A model generated the notes under the pieces. That model worked only from the letters and a program-made list of their open reading frames with translations, was not told the origin of the DNA and ran no database searches. Shown here one piece after another: positions 26,056 to 39,039 of a DNA stretch of 64,000 bases; position 1 is the first letter of the stretch, and every line of letters starts with the position of its first letter. The DNA lies in the NCBI GenBank assembly GCA_030390025.1, contig CM059440.1, forward strand, positions 52,514,001 through 52,578,000. Direction: 5' to 3'. A program made the position numbers and the translations under genes. Source of the DNA: Squalus acanthias (Eukaryota).

Positions 26056-26705
26056 TGAGAGGTCGCACAACACCAGGTTATAGTCCAACAGTTTTATTTG
26101 AAATCACAAGCTTTCGGAGCTATCGATTGCCCCTTCCTCAGGTGAAGTAAATTAGATACAGAATCGCCAAAGCATATATAGAGAACAAAGCATGTGTACC
26201 TTACAATTGCAGACCACTAAATTAAATCATCCTGACTATCTGCCGAGGTGTGATAAAGTTAATCAAGTCAGCCAGGAAGGTACCACATCAAAGACATAGC
26301 AAGATACAACTGAGACAATGAGGTGTAGTCGCAGGGGTTCTAACGTGTCAAAAGCTGCCGTCTGTATGTAAAACGAAAAGCTTTAAAAATTTTACTTTTT
26401 TACTGGGAAAATTTTTACTTTTTTACTGGGAATCACATCTGTGAACAAGCCAACGACGACTCGAGTCCGGATCACGTCATGTATCGTGACAGAAACCCAA
26501 GATCCCGGTTGAGACCGTCTTCATGAGTGCGGAACTTGGCTATCAGTTTCTGCTCGATGATTTTGCGTTGTCGTGTGTTTCTAAGGTTGCCTTGGAGAAC
26601 GCTTACCCGCAGATCTGAGGCTGAATGTCCTTGACTGCTGAAGTGTTCCCCGACTGGGAGGTAACAATCCTGCCTGGCGATTGTTGCGCGGTGCTCGTTC
26701 ATACG
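26056..26705 (-). mobile_element. Penelope-like element 3' end (GIY-YIG C-terminus and hammerhead at 26104-26145)
   Basis: ORF 26472-26702 RMNEHR..PVGEHF..RKIIEQKLIAKFRT..GLNRDLG; 11-bp TSD TTGTATTCTAT. Confidence 0.85.
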
Positions 26706-27049
26706 TTGTATTCTATGCCACGGCTAATAAAGACAAGCATTCCGTATGCCTTCTTAACCACCTTATCTACCTGGCCTGCTACCTTCAGGGATCTGTGGAC
26801 ATGCACTCCAAGGTCCCTTTGTTCCTCTACACTACTCAGTGTCCTACCATTTAATGTGTATTCCCTTTCCTTGTTAGCCCTCCCCAAATGCATTACCTCA
26901 CACATCTTGCCCATTAAAATTACCCAACATTACAAGTGAAACTACTGTTATTGCTTTGGGCCATTGCTCAATGGTGAAAAGACCACCTCAAACTGTGTAG
27001 ATCATTCATTCTAATGTGTGCAAGGAAACAGTTACATTTAAAGACTTAC

Positions 27050-27104
27050 CAACAGCCAAACTGAATTCGCCAGCCACCAAAACAGCGAGCAGAATTCTCA
27101 CCAT
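27050..27104 (-). CDS. B7-family (CD276-like) gene, signal-peptide coding exon (exon spans 27123-27050)
   Basis: Acceptor TTTTCTTGTCTTGACAG, Kozak AGTATGG, MVRILLAVLVAGEFSLAV, donor G|GTAAGT in phase 1 matching the IgV exon. Confidence 0.85.
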
Positions 27105-27574
27105 ACTTTGCTCTCCTCGACAGCTGTCAAGACAAGAAAAGACGATCAGTTTCCACAGCTGCAAACACAACAGTGACTCCACCTCCAAAGTCATCTATTG
27201 GCTAGAAGGCACTTTGGGACATCCTAAAGACATGAGGTGCTATATAAATGACAGTTATTTCTTTGCACATCAACAACAGAATCTCCAACCAAATATCTCA
27301 ACTCTAAACCTCAAGCTATTTGATTTGGTCCTGGTTGTGTTTTTAAAAACAGAGACTGTCTGAAATGTGGAAAGGAAATAAATAAAAACCAGCATTTACA
27401 CAGCACTTTTCATATCCTTAGAAAAATACCAAAGCACTTCACAAACAATGAATTACTTCTGAAGTGTAGTCACTGCTGTTATAGGCAACACAGGAGCAAT
27501 CAGATAAATGACCAGTTTTGGTTGATGAATAACTTTTGCCAGGAAAGTAGAAAACTTCCCCGCTCTTCGAATAG

Positions 27575-30500
27575 ACCGGAGGAGGTGGACCTGTGTGGGA
27601 GCGGCAGCGGGACCGGAGAGAAGGCGGATCGGCCATAAAGGAGCGCTGCAGAGGAGGCCCGACACCGGAATGCTGTGAGTTGGGAAAGAGTCCGAGACGG
27701 GGAGCAGTCAAACAACAACAACTGCGAAACCACTAAGTGACGTCACAACCAGGGAAGGAGCTGATTGGTAAGTAGGACCCGGTGAATATTTCTACAGTCC
27801 AGTCATTGAAGTAAAAGTAAGATCTCTAGTTTAGAATAAGTAGTGTTTAAAGGGAAGCAAGGTCCCTAGTGTATTTAATATTCTTTAATTTAAAGGAAGT
27901 AAAGGGAGTAAATTAAGGGTAGGACATGGCAGGGCAGCTCAGCAGCGTGGAGTGCTCCTCCAGTGCTATGTGGGGAGTCAGGGACACTTCCGGTGTCCAG
28001 GGCGAACACATGTGCAGGAAGTGTCTCCAGCTGCAGCTACTCGAAATCCGTGTTTCGGAGCTGGAGCTGCGGCTGGAGTCACTGGAGCATCCACGAAGCT
28101 GAGATCTTCCTGGATAGCACGTTTAACGAGGTGGTCACACCGCAGGTAAAGAGTGCACAGGCGACCACCAGACAGAGTAACAGAACTAAGAAGGTAGTGC
28201 AGGAGTCCCCTGGGTCCATCTCCCTCACCAACAGATTTTTTGTTTTGGATACTGCTGGGGGAGATGGTTTCTCAGGGGAATGCAGCAAGAGCCAAGTCCG
28301 TGGCACTATGAGTGGCTCAGCTGCACAGGAGGGGAGGAAAAAGAGTGGGAGAGCAATAGCGATAGGGGATTCTATCGTAAGGGGAACAGATAGACGTTTC
28401 TGTGGTTGCAGACATGACTCCAGGATGGTATGTTGCCTCCCTGTTGCCAGGGTCAAGGATGTCACTGAACGGCTGCAGGGCATTCTGAAGGGGGAGGGCG
28501 AACAGTCAGAGGTCGTGGTTCACATTGGTACCAATGACATAGGTAGAAAGAGGGATGAGGTCCTGCAAGAATAATTTAGGGAGCTAGGTAGCAGATTAAA
28601 AAGCAGGACCTCAAAGGTTGTAATCTCTGGATTACTCCCGGTGCCACGTGCTAGTGAGTATAGGAATAGGAGGATAGAGCAGATGAATGCGTGGCTGAAG
28701 AGTTGGTGCAGGAGGGAGGGCTTTAGTTTCCTGGATCACTGAGTCTGCTTCTGGGGAAGGTGGGACCTGTACAAGTCGGACGGGTTGCACCTGAACCAGA
28801 ACAGGACCAACATCCTTGCGAGGAGGTTTTCTAGCACTGTTGGCAGGGGGGTGGAGGGGGGGGGGGGGGGGGGGGGGGGGAAGGGGGGGAAGGTTAAACT
28901 AAATTGGCAGGGGGAATGGGATACGGAGTGGAGCTATAGTAGGGGGTGATGCACAGCCAAATATAGAGGAAAAAACAAGTCAGCCTGGAAGGCAGAGCAA
29001 ATATGTAACAGCACAAGGGAGTATGGCAAGGCTGTATGGCATTTATTTTAATGCAAGGAGTCTTGCGAGTAAGGCAGATGAATTGAAGGTGTTGATGAAC
29101 ACATGGGAGTATGATATTGTTGCTATCACAGAGACATGGTTGAGGGAGGGGCAGGACTGGCAACTCAATATTCCAGGGTATAGAATCTTCAGGCGAGACA
29201 GAGGGGGGTGTAAAAGAGGAGGGGGTGTCGCAATATTAATCAAGGAGTCAATTACTGCTGTAAGAAGGGATGATATCTTAGCAGGTTCTTCTAATGAGGC
29301 CATATGGGTAGAACTTAAAAACAAAAAGGGGGCAAGCACTTTGCTGGGAGTGTACTACAGGCCCCCAAACAGTCAGGGGGAGATAGAGGAACAGATATGC
29401 AGACAAATCTCAGAGAAGTGTAGAAATAATAGGGTAATAATAGTAGGGGATTTCAACTTCCTCAATATTAACTGGGATAGTCAGAGTGTGAAAGACTTAG
29501 AGGGTGCGGAATTCTTAAAGTGCATCCAGGAGAGCTTTTTGAGCCAGCATGTAGAAAGTCCAACAACAGAGGGGCGGTACTGGACCTAATTCTAGGGAAT
29601 GTAGCCGGGCAAGTTGTAGAAGTGTCAGTCGGAGAGCATTTTGGTGAGAGTGATCATAATTCGGTGAGATTTAAGATAGTCATGGAAAAGGACAAAGATG
29701 GACCGGAAATAAAGGTTCTAAATTGGGGGAAGGCCGATTTTAATATGATAAGGCAGGATCTGGCCAAAGTGGACTGGGATCAGCTACTTGTAGGAAAATC
29801 CACATCAGAGCAGTGGGAGTCTTTCAGAAAGGAAATCGAGAGAGTACAACGTCAACATATTCCCGTAAAGGTCAAGGGTGGGACCAACAAGCCCAGGGAA
29901 CCCTGGATGTCAAGGGATATACAAGAATGGATTAGAAAAAAATGGGAGGCTTTTGGCAGATACAAAGGACTAAAAACAGTGGAAGCCCTCGAGGAGTATA
30001 GAAAGTGTAGGTGGGTACTTAAAAAAGAAATTAGGAGAGCGAAGAGGGGGCATGAAAAAACATTGGCGGCAAAATAAAGGAAAGTCCCAAAGTGTTTTCT
30101 AAGTATATTAAGGGCAAGAGGATAACCAGGGAAAGAGTCGGGCCCATTAGGGACCAAAGTGGCAATCTGTGTGTAGAGCCCGATGATGTGGGTGAGGTTT
30201 TAAATGAATATTTTGCATCTGTGTTCACTATGGAGAAGGACGATGTAGGCATAGAAATCAGGCAGGGGGATTGTGATATACTTGAACAAATTAGTATTGA
30301 GAGGGAGGATGTACTAGCGGTTTTAGCGGGCTTAAAAGTGGATAAATCCCCAGGCCCAGACAAGATGTATCCCAGGCTGCTGTGTGAGGCAAGGGAGGAG
30401 ATTGCAGGGGCTCTGACACAAATTTTCAGAACCTCTCTGGCCACAGGGGAGGTGCCAGAGGACTGGAGGACAGCTAACGTAGTACCATTATTCAAGAAGG

Positions 30501-31892
30501 GTAGTAGGGATAAACCAGGAAATTACAGGCCAGTGAGCCTAACATCAGTGGTAGGGAAATTATTGGAAACATTGAGGGACAGAATTAGTCTCCACTTGGA
30601 GAGGCAAGGATTAATCAAGGATAGTCAGCATGGCTTTGTCAGGGGAGATCATGTCTAACCAATTTAATTGAATTTTTCGGGGGGGTGACTACGTGTGTGG
30701 ACGAGGGTAGTGCAGTTGATGTAGTCTACATGGACTTCAGTAAGGCTTTTGACAAAGTCCCGCATGGGAGACTGGTCAAGAAGGTAAGAGCCCATGGGAT
30801 CCAGGGCAATTTGGCACATTGGATCCGAAATTGGCTTAGTGGCAGGAGGCAGAGGGTGATGGTCGAAGGTTGTTTTTGTGACTGCAAGCCTGTGTCCAGT
30901 GGTGTACCGCAGGGATCGGTGCTGGGTCCTTTGCTGTTTGTAGTGTACATTAATGATTTAGATATGAATGTAGGAGGTATGATCAGTAAGTTCGCAGATG
31001 ACACGAAAATTGGTGGAGTGGTAAATAGCATGGAGGGAAGCCTCAGGCTACAGGATGATGTAGACGGGTTGGTCAGATGAGCAGAACAGTGGCAAATTGA
31101 ATTTAACCCTGAAAAGTGTGAGGTGATGCATTTGCGGAGGACTAACAAGGCAAGGGAATACACAATGAATGGTAGGACCCTAGGAAGGACAGAGGATCAG
31201 AGGGACCTTGGTGTGCACGTACATAGATCCCTGAAGGCAGCAGGACAGGTAGATAAGGTGGTTATAAAGGCATATGGGATACCCGAGGCATAGAACATAA
31301 GAGCAGGGAGGTTATGATGGAGCTGTACAAAACACTAGTTAGGCCACAGCTGGAATACTGTGTGCAGTTCTGGTCGCCACACTATAGGAAGGATGTGATT
31401 GCATTGGAGAGGGTGCAGAAGAGATTCACCAGGATGTTACCTGGGCTGGAACGCTTCAGCTATGAAAAGAGACTGGTCAGGCTGGGGTTGTCTTCCTTAG
31501 AGCAGAGAAGGCTGAGGTGGACCTGATTGAGGTGTACAAAATTATATGGGGCATAGATAGGGTAGATAGAAAGGAACTTTTCCCCTTAGTAGAGGGGTCA
31601 ATAACCAGGGGGCATAGTTTCAAGGTAAGGGGCAGGAGGTTTAGAGGGGATTTGAGGAAAAACTTTTTCATCCAGAGGGTGGTTGGAATCTGGAACTGAC
31701 TGCCTGAAAGGGTGGTAGAGGCAGGAACCCTCAACATTCAAGAAGCATTTAGATGAGCACTTGAAATGCCATAGCATACAAGGCTACGGACCGAGTGCTG
31801 GAAAATGGGATTAGAATAGATAGGGCTTGATGGCCGGCGCGGACATGGGCCGAAGGGCCTCTTTCTGTGCGTATAACTCTGACTCTATGACT
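27575..31892 (+). mobile_element. Full-length degenerate CR1 LINE inserted in an old SINE; poly-G tract at ~28846-28892
   Basis: ORF1 from ATG 27926 (CRKC, GDSIVRG, HIGTND), fragmented ORF2, (CTATGACT) tail. Confidence 0.93.
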
Positions 31893-32559
31893 CGGAGTAA
31901 AATGCGATCTTTTGAATCCCCTTCAACAGACAGGCTGCGGTTTAATATCTCATGTAAATGAACCCACTAGTGATGAAGTGGCACCTCGTCAGCACTGCAC
32001 TAAAATGTCAGAAGAGTGTGCTCAATTTGTGATGTGGCGCATGAAACTATATTTTTTTTGTAGGAAAGAGTGCGACTACTGAATGATGGAGGGGGAGGAG
32101 GGGAGCGACAAAGACACAAGCCTGGAGGTTACGTGGGCAGCACTTCCACCTACCACTCAGGTCTGCCATTGACCCTGTCCCCAATCCAAGAGACAGGGTC
32201 TTTTAAATATTCACAGTGGCTGCCACACCAGGAGCAGCAGTGCCTCACCCCACTGAGGCACAACTTGGAGCAGAACCAAAGGCTTAAAATTGGCCAAAGA
32301 TAAGGGAATTGAGGCAGCTTGAAGTTAAATCAATCCCAAAGGATTCTTGAGTAGCGCAGGAATGTCCACGCAAATTGATTTGGACGTAATGGGACTGTGG
32401 GCCGAAGGAACAACTGCGACCTCTGGAGCTCAATTTGCCAGAGAAGGTGCAGAGCGTATCAGAGTTCCATAGCAAATTTTCTCCCTCTCTCTGCCAAGCC
32501 CACCCCCACAACATGCAATTCTGCTTACCACTTTGGAGTTTCTACCCTTTACAAACCAT

Positions 32560-32830
32560 CTGCTCTCAGGTGAATGTAAAAGATCCCACAGCACTATTTG
32601 GAGGAAGAGCAGGGGGAGTTCTCCCCGGTGTCCTAGGGCCAATATTGACCCCTCAATCAACATCACTAAAACAGATTATCTGGTCATTATCACATTGCTG
32701 TTTGTGGGAGCTTGCTGTGCGCAAATTGGCTGCTGCATTTCAACAGTGACTACACTTCAAAAAGTGCTTCATTGGCTGTAAAGCACACTAGGACATCCCA
32801 AAAGGCGCTATATAAATGAAAGTCTTTCTT
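32560..32830 (+). mobile_element. SacSINE1/Deu-type SINE, 3' part
   Basis: Matches 38270-38540. Confidence 0.75.
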
Positions 32831-33069
32831 TTCTCTCGTGATGCTTAACCACATGACATTTGCCCACTATTTACAAATGTTATTGAATTTACCTCAATCA
32901 CCAACCCCCCCCTCTCCATAAAATACTTCACACTTTTTTTTTTATACATCATATTCTCATCTCACTATAAATAAAACACAAACGAATAGAAAGAAAGATT
33001 TAAAGGTAAGTAATGGATGGAAGCATCCGACACCGAGCCCAGTGGCCGGGACGCAAGTACCCCACTTAC

Positions 33070-33400
33070 CTCACACGAACACTCGCTCGCTCTCCGCTCT
33101 CCTCTTTCCTCTCTCTCTCTCTCTCTCTCCCACCTCTCCGCTCTCTCTCTCTCTCTCTCTCTCTCCCACCTCTCCGCTCTCTCTCTCTCTCTCCCACCTC
33201 TCCGCTCGCTCTCTCTCCCACCTCTCCGCGCTCTCTCTCCTACCACACCCACAGCCCGCTCTCTTAAACAGACCGCCTGCTGCGTCATCACGCATCCCGA
33301 TATAACTGACGCAAAGGCACGCGCCAGATACTGACGTCATTGCCCAGCTAGACACCAGATACCGCGCCCGCGAGCCGGAGTATCAGGGAATGGTTAAAGC
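33070..33400 (-). promoter_or_regulatory. Candidate promoter and non-coding first exon of the B7-family gene
   Basis: CpG-rich patch, full CRE TGACGTCA (33332-33339), two TGACGC half-sites, strong donor GAG|GTAAGT at 33069; the signal-peptide exon has an acceptor and so needs an upstream exon. Confidence 0.5.
33083..33240. repeat. Compound (CT)n microsatellite with a CCCACCTCTCCG higher-order unit
   Basis: Directly visible tandem repeats. Confidence 0.95.
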
Positions 33401-34291
33401 TAAGACAGACCTGCCCAAATCGAAAGTCATACATTCCCACAGGCTCTTTAGAAAAAAAGACAGACCTGCATTTATATAGCGCTTTTCACGACCACCGGAC
33501 GTCTCGAAGCACTTTACAGCCACTTTTTTTTTGGAGTGGCGTCACTGTTGTAATGTGGGGAAACGAGGCAGCCAATTTGCGCACAGCAAGCTCCTACAAA
33601 CACCCCCTTTAGGATTGTACCCTTTAGTTTATATTGCCTCTCCTCATTCTACCAAAATATATAAGGCCAGATCTAGGTTAGATACCAGGAGATGGTTCTT
33701 TTCCCAGAGAGTAGTGGACCTCTGGAACAGGCTGCCGTCACGCGCGGTGGACTCTGATTTGCTGAATTCCTTCCAGCGAGAGCTGGACCTGTTTCTGGCT
33801 GGGGCGGAGATCACCTCTTACAGAAGGTAGGCACTGCAGGGAATTCAGGGCCAAAGTGATCTCCTGGACTAGTTTCGATCACCTAGATGGGTTGGAGAGG
33901 AATTTCCCAGATTTTTTCCCCCAAATTGGCCTGGGTTTTTATGTTTTTTTGCCTCTCCCAGGAGATCACATGGTTTCGGGTGGGGTGGAGAGTGTATATA
34001 TTGTGATACACAAGGTATCGCAATTGTGTGGGACAGGCAGGATGGACCAGAGGGTCTTTACCTGTCCGTCATTGTACGTATGTCGTATGTTCGTATGAGG
34101 AAGGATGGGAGAAGACTCGAGTGGAACATGAACCCCAGCATGGACTGTGAAAGGGCGAAAGAAGATGTCTGGGGGTTGGTGTGTAGTGGTGGTGCATGGT
34201 GGGGATTTAGCTCTGTGCCGGGGGTGGTCGGGAGAGGCGGTGTATAGCATTACCTCACATAATCGCGTAACTGGGCTGGCTACAAGATATA

Positions 34292-35031
34292 GGCCCAGAA
34301 ATTGATCTCGCTCTGTTCCCGCGGGGGTAAGGCTTTCCCGCGATCTCTCACCTCGCTTGTGCTTTTTCAGATTGAGCTCGCACGAACTTCATGTTCTAGA
34401 GATCAGCTGGGCAGTGCTTGCGTATCCCAGCGGCGTAGTGAATTCGTGCGAGCTGTGGGATCACGTGACTCAGTTAGAGCCAATGGCAGCACACCATCTT
34501 CCATTCATAAGTTTCACAGCACGGCTGTGAAATCTATGAATCTTACACCCCCCCAAAATAACAGCTAAACCTCAATTAAATTAAAAAAAAAACCATCACA
34601 TTAATAAAATAAGTATAGTTAATTAAATTAACCATTTTAAATAAAAAATTAAATTTTTGAAAAAATTTAAAATCTTTTAAAAAGTTATAAAAATAAACTT
34701 ACCTGTCTTTAAAGTCTCTAAAAAAGATATACCTGTTAAAAAAAATTCAAAAAAATACTTAATTCACTACTTACCTTCTTAAAAGCGGGTCTTACTCCTT
34801 TTTACATTTCCAAAATCTTCAGTACTTACCTGCGCGTCCAAAGCATGAAGTGCACAGCGTGCGCGCAGCCTGTAGCGCGCACGCGATGCACCGAGGACCC
34901 GCCCCCTTTTCAGAAGAGCAATTGCCGGTTTTCAGCGCATGCGCAGGGCATGCAGAAAACCGGCAATTGGAGTGGGAATACGCGAGAGTACGCAGTGCGT
35001 ACTCTCGCGTCCCGGGATCAATTTTCGGCCC
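34292..35031. mobile_element. Harbinger-like MITE
   Basis: Imperfect TIR GGCCCAGAAATTGATC / GATCAATTTTCGGCCC; TSD ATA; inverted relative of 24263-25024. Confidence 0.75.
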
Positions 35032-38000
35032 ATAATCAAAAACATAGAAATGCAAATGTTGCAAGACAAAGGGGATGCTCAAGATGTGTAACCATCCTAG
35101 AAACCAGACGGCCTAACAATATCCCAAGGACATTAAGTAGATCAGGAAGCAGACACAAAGTCAACGATTCTTGGGACTGGGACAAAGGGCCAGTAAACAA
35201 ATGCTGACGAGATAAAAACTGATGTTATAACGCAGAACATTCTAGAAGGTAGGCGGGAACAATGTATAGCACATCAAACTGTATGTACAAATATCTACTA
35301 ACTGCTGTAACAATTCGGAGAAGCTTGACGAAGGCGGAAGCAGGCTGTCTCCCCACCGGTGCGAATAAAGGCAGTTTGGACTCTCGATCTCGGACTTGTG
35401 TTGAGTGATTTGAAATTACTCCACAACAGACTGGTTGGGCCAAATGGCCTGTTTCTGTGCTGTAAATTCTATTTAATGGCTGTTTCTCGGACTGGAGGGA
35501 GGTATACAGTGGAGTTCCCCCGGGTTCAGGACTAGGACCACTGCTGTTTATGATAGACATTAATGACTTGGACCTGGGGGTATAGGGCACAATTTCAACA
35601 TTTGCAAATGATACAAAACTTGGAAGTGTAGTAAACAATCAGGAGGATAGTAATAGACTTAAAAAGGACAGAGACAGGCTGGTGGAATGGGTGGACTCAC
35701 GGCAGATGAAATTCAACACACAAAAGATATATTTTGGTAGGAAGAATGAGGAGAGACAATAGCTGGGGGACCAGCAAGGCCCAGACAATGCGAATTGGCT
35801 GCTAGCCACGACAGCCAGGATACTGCGGGTGCGCAAACCGCGTATACACGGACCCTTTCTCCCGAGTCGCCAGCAGCAACGTTTCAGAGACCAATCACCC
35901 ATTCCGATAGATAGCGGGAGGGTGGGAACCCTACACCACCCTTTGTGTAAAGAAATTCCTCCTAAATTCTTTTTTTGATCAGTTAGTGGCTATCTTATAT
36001 TGATATCCCATTGTTCTTGACTCACCCACAAGTGGAAGCAATTTTTCCACATCTACCCTATCATAGGAACAGGAGGAGGCCATTCAGCCCATCGAGCCTA
36101 TTCCGCCATTCAATTCGATCTTGGCTGATCTGCACCTCAAATCCATTTGCTCCATAATCCTTTAGATGTTTACCGAATAAAAATCTATCAATCTCAGTGT
36201 TTAAAATTTCAGTTGACCCAGCATTCACAGTCTTTTGGGAGAACAAGCTCCAGATCCACCACCCTTTGTGTGGAAAAAGTGCTTCCTGATTTCACTCCTA
36301 AATGGCCTGGCTCTAAATTTAAGATTGTGCCTCTTGTTCTGGATTCCCCCATCCTCGTGAATCTTTTTTGGCACTTTCTTCAATGCTTTTTGTAGTGTGG
36401 AGACCAGAACTGCACAGAATTCTCCAAGCGTGGTCTAACCAAGGTTCTATCTACATTTAACATTACCCCCCCGCCCGCCCCCTCCCCTTCTGTATTCTAT
36501 TCCTCTAGTCCCAGTACTTTGTTCTCTTTATGGCCTCTCGCTGAATTTCTATCAATGTTGCTCTGCTCCTCTCTAATTCTCTCTGAATTTCTGTAATCCA
36601 TTCTGCTCTGCTTCCACTGGCTAATTCTTTCTGTCTCTCTCTCTCTGAATTTCTGTCTGCTTTTCTCTTTCTTCATGTGTAAGGCATGTACCCAGGAATT
36701 TAGGAAGATTTGTGCACGAAAATGTTATCAGTTATACAAGAACAAACAGCGGCTTTGTTTACTCTGTTGTAAAAGATGGGGCTGATAACACGATGGTCCG
36801 TCCTTCCTGGGGAAAATTAGGTGTGGCGCCTTCCAAATACCTGAGGTGCTTGGCTTGTGTAAATAAGGTGGTGAGTCAGAGCGGGCTGGGCACCAATACA
36901 CAAGTTGTGCCCGAGGCTCAATAGGCTCCTGATTTCTTTTTTTAATTATGCAGCTGGTGTGCCTGAGCAGCGCCACAACTGCACAGCGCAACCGAACGGG
37001 CATTGGAGGAGAGGTCACCGTGGAAAACTCTAAAAACAACCTGCCCTCCTCCCCGTCACCACCATCCCAATCCCGGCCACCCTGGCAACAACGCCCCGGT
37101 GCTCCTGAAACTGGCTCCGGGGAATTGCCCCAGCACACAGAGCAGCAGGCAGTCCTTCACTGGTGCTGCCATCCCGCAGTGTAGCTCGGCCACTCCTGGA
37201 GCAGTGCGGGTGATTCCGTTTCGAAGCCACATTACCTGCCCCCTTGTTGCAGCCCCGAGCTCACTCTTATCGGCTGTTAATAGTAAATATTGCTCCGTTC
37301 CACTCCTTCAACACTGTGATATTTAAATAGCAACTGTTCCTCCCAATTCCCGTCCAGGCTCCCACTGCTGATTTTTAAATTGATTTTTTGTCTGTTTATC
37401 CTGCGTGGGCAGGCTGCAATTTGAAATTAGCAGCAGGAGATGGAACCTAAATCAGGAGAGCTGCCATTTAACGATCACAGCAATAGTGGAGCAGAGCACA
37501 TTACTGTCTGTCAACTGTTGTCTACTTCACTCCTCCAGGGCAGTGATATACAAGTGGCAAAGTGATGTAAGAACAGAATGGAGGATCAACTTTCACCCAA
37601 AATACAAACACGTGCAGAAGAAACATGGTGGTTTGTGGTTGATTTGTATTTGATTTGTATTTTATTCCCCTACAGCTTTTTAAAAATTTGTTTATGGGAT
37701 GTGAGCGACACTGGCAAGGCCAGCATTTATTGTCCATCCAGATTGGCAGCCATGTCCTTCAGGACTCGACCAGCTCGGTCAGTAGTGGTGCTACCGAGCC
37801 ACTCTTGGTGATGGACATTGAAGTCCCCCACCCAGAGTATATTCTGTGCCCTTGCTACTCTCAGTGCTTCTTCACAGTGCTGTTCAACATGGAGGAGTAC
37901 TGCTTCATCAGCTGGGGGAGGGCGGTCATCAGCAGGAGGTTACCTTGCCCTTGCTTGACCTGAAGCCATGAGACTTCATGGGGTCCGGAGTCACTGTTGA

Positions 38001-38089
38001 GGACTCCCAGGGCCACTCCTTCCCGACTGTATACCACTGTGCTGCCAAGAGATGGGAGTTTGGGTCTTCAGTTCTCAATTATGACACAG

Positions 38090-38540
38090 TGTCAGCTATG
38101 GATCAGTGGGTAGCACACTCGCCTTCTGCTGTCAGAAGGTTGTGGGTTCAAATCCCACGCCAGGGGCTTGAGCACATAAAGCTAGGCTGACACTGCAGTG
38201 CAGTGCTGAGGGAGCGCTGCACTGTCGGATGAGACGTTAAACCGAGGCCCCGTCTGCTCTCTCAGGTGGATGTAAAAGATTCCACGGCACTATTTTGAGG
38301 AAGAGCAGGGGAGTTATCCCCAGTGTCCTGCCCAGTACTTATCCCTCAACCAACATAAGAAAAACAGATTATCTGGTCATTATCACATTGCTGTTTGTGG
38401 GAGCTTGCTGTGCGCAAATTGGCTGCCGTGTTTTCCCACATTACAACAGTGACTCCACTTCAAAAGTACTTCATTGGCTATAAAGTGCTTTGAGATGTCC
38501 GGTGGTCGTGAAAGGCGCTATAGAAATGCAAGTCCTTCTC
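38090..38540 (+). mobile_element. Full-length SacSINE1/Deu-type SINE
   Basis: Box A/B-like head (TCAGTGGGTAG...GGTTCAAATCCC), Deu-like core, tail GTGAAAGGCGCTATAGAAATGCAAG. Confidence 0.85.
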
Positions 38541-39039
38541 TCAATTATGTATAGCCTCTGGAGCTATGACGTAAATATATTGTAAGAATTGTTTACTGTG
38601 TTGCTGCAATGAAAATAACCATTTATTGCACAGTTTTCATAAAACAATGCCTTTTAATTCAAAATGGTGAAAAACTACAAAAGCCTGATGAACAAAACCT
38701 AAATATCTGCAAATTCTAAAGGAGCAGCCTTTCCCTGATTTTGTGCTTTTTACAACTTACCTACAGCTTTTTTTTCCCCCTTGCCATTTTCTCCCACTCC
38801 TCCTTTCTTCAAAGTTTGGACTCTGTTCTGGGGTTTGGTTCCATAGGCAATGGGTACCCAGGGATCTCTCACCCAAGTGGTCATTGTTCATCTGTGAGTC
38901 TTGAAAGTGAATGCCAGCAGGCTGTTCATCTGCATGGGGCATCACTGCCAACCAGTTTGGGGTTTTGGTCATTTAAGTAAATTAGAAACAATAGTTGTAC
39001 CAAAACTGAGTGCTTGGGCTACACACCCAACACTTACTA

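Larger units (their letters stand above)
25218..26905 (-). mobile_element. CR1 3' fragment carrying two Penelope insertions
   Basis: CR1 RT C-terminal pieces (ORFs 25382-25678, 25840-26088, 26699-26914) are collinear once the inserts are removed. Confidence 0.85.

Noticed and set aside
21218-27104. Assigning the symbol CD276 to the B7-family gene
   Set aside because: Cys-less IgC, short tail and only pattern-level similarity; orthology needs phylogeny and synteny
28846-28892. Poly-G tract as a functional G-quadruplex
   Set aside because: Expanded G-run at the CR1 ORF1/ORF2 junction; homopolymer length is unreliable and there is no evidence of function
32965-33355. ER- and SL-rich ORFs
   Set aside because: Translations of the (CT)n/(GA)n microsatellite
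38090-38165. tRNA gene
   Set aside because: tRNA-derived SINE head continuous with the SINE body; no convincing cloverleaf
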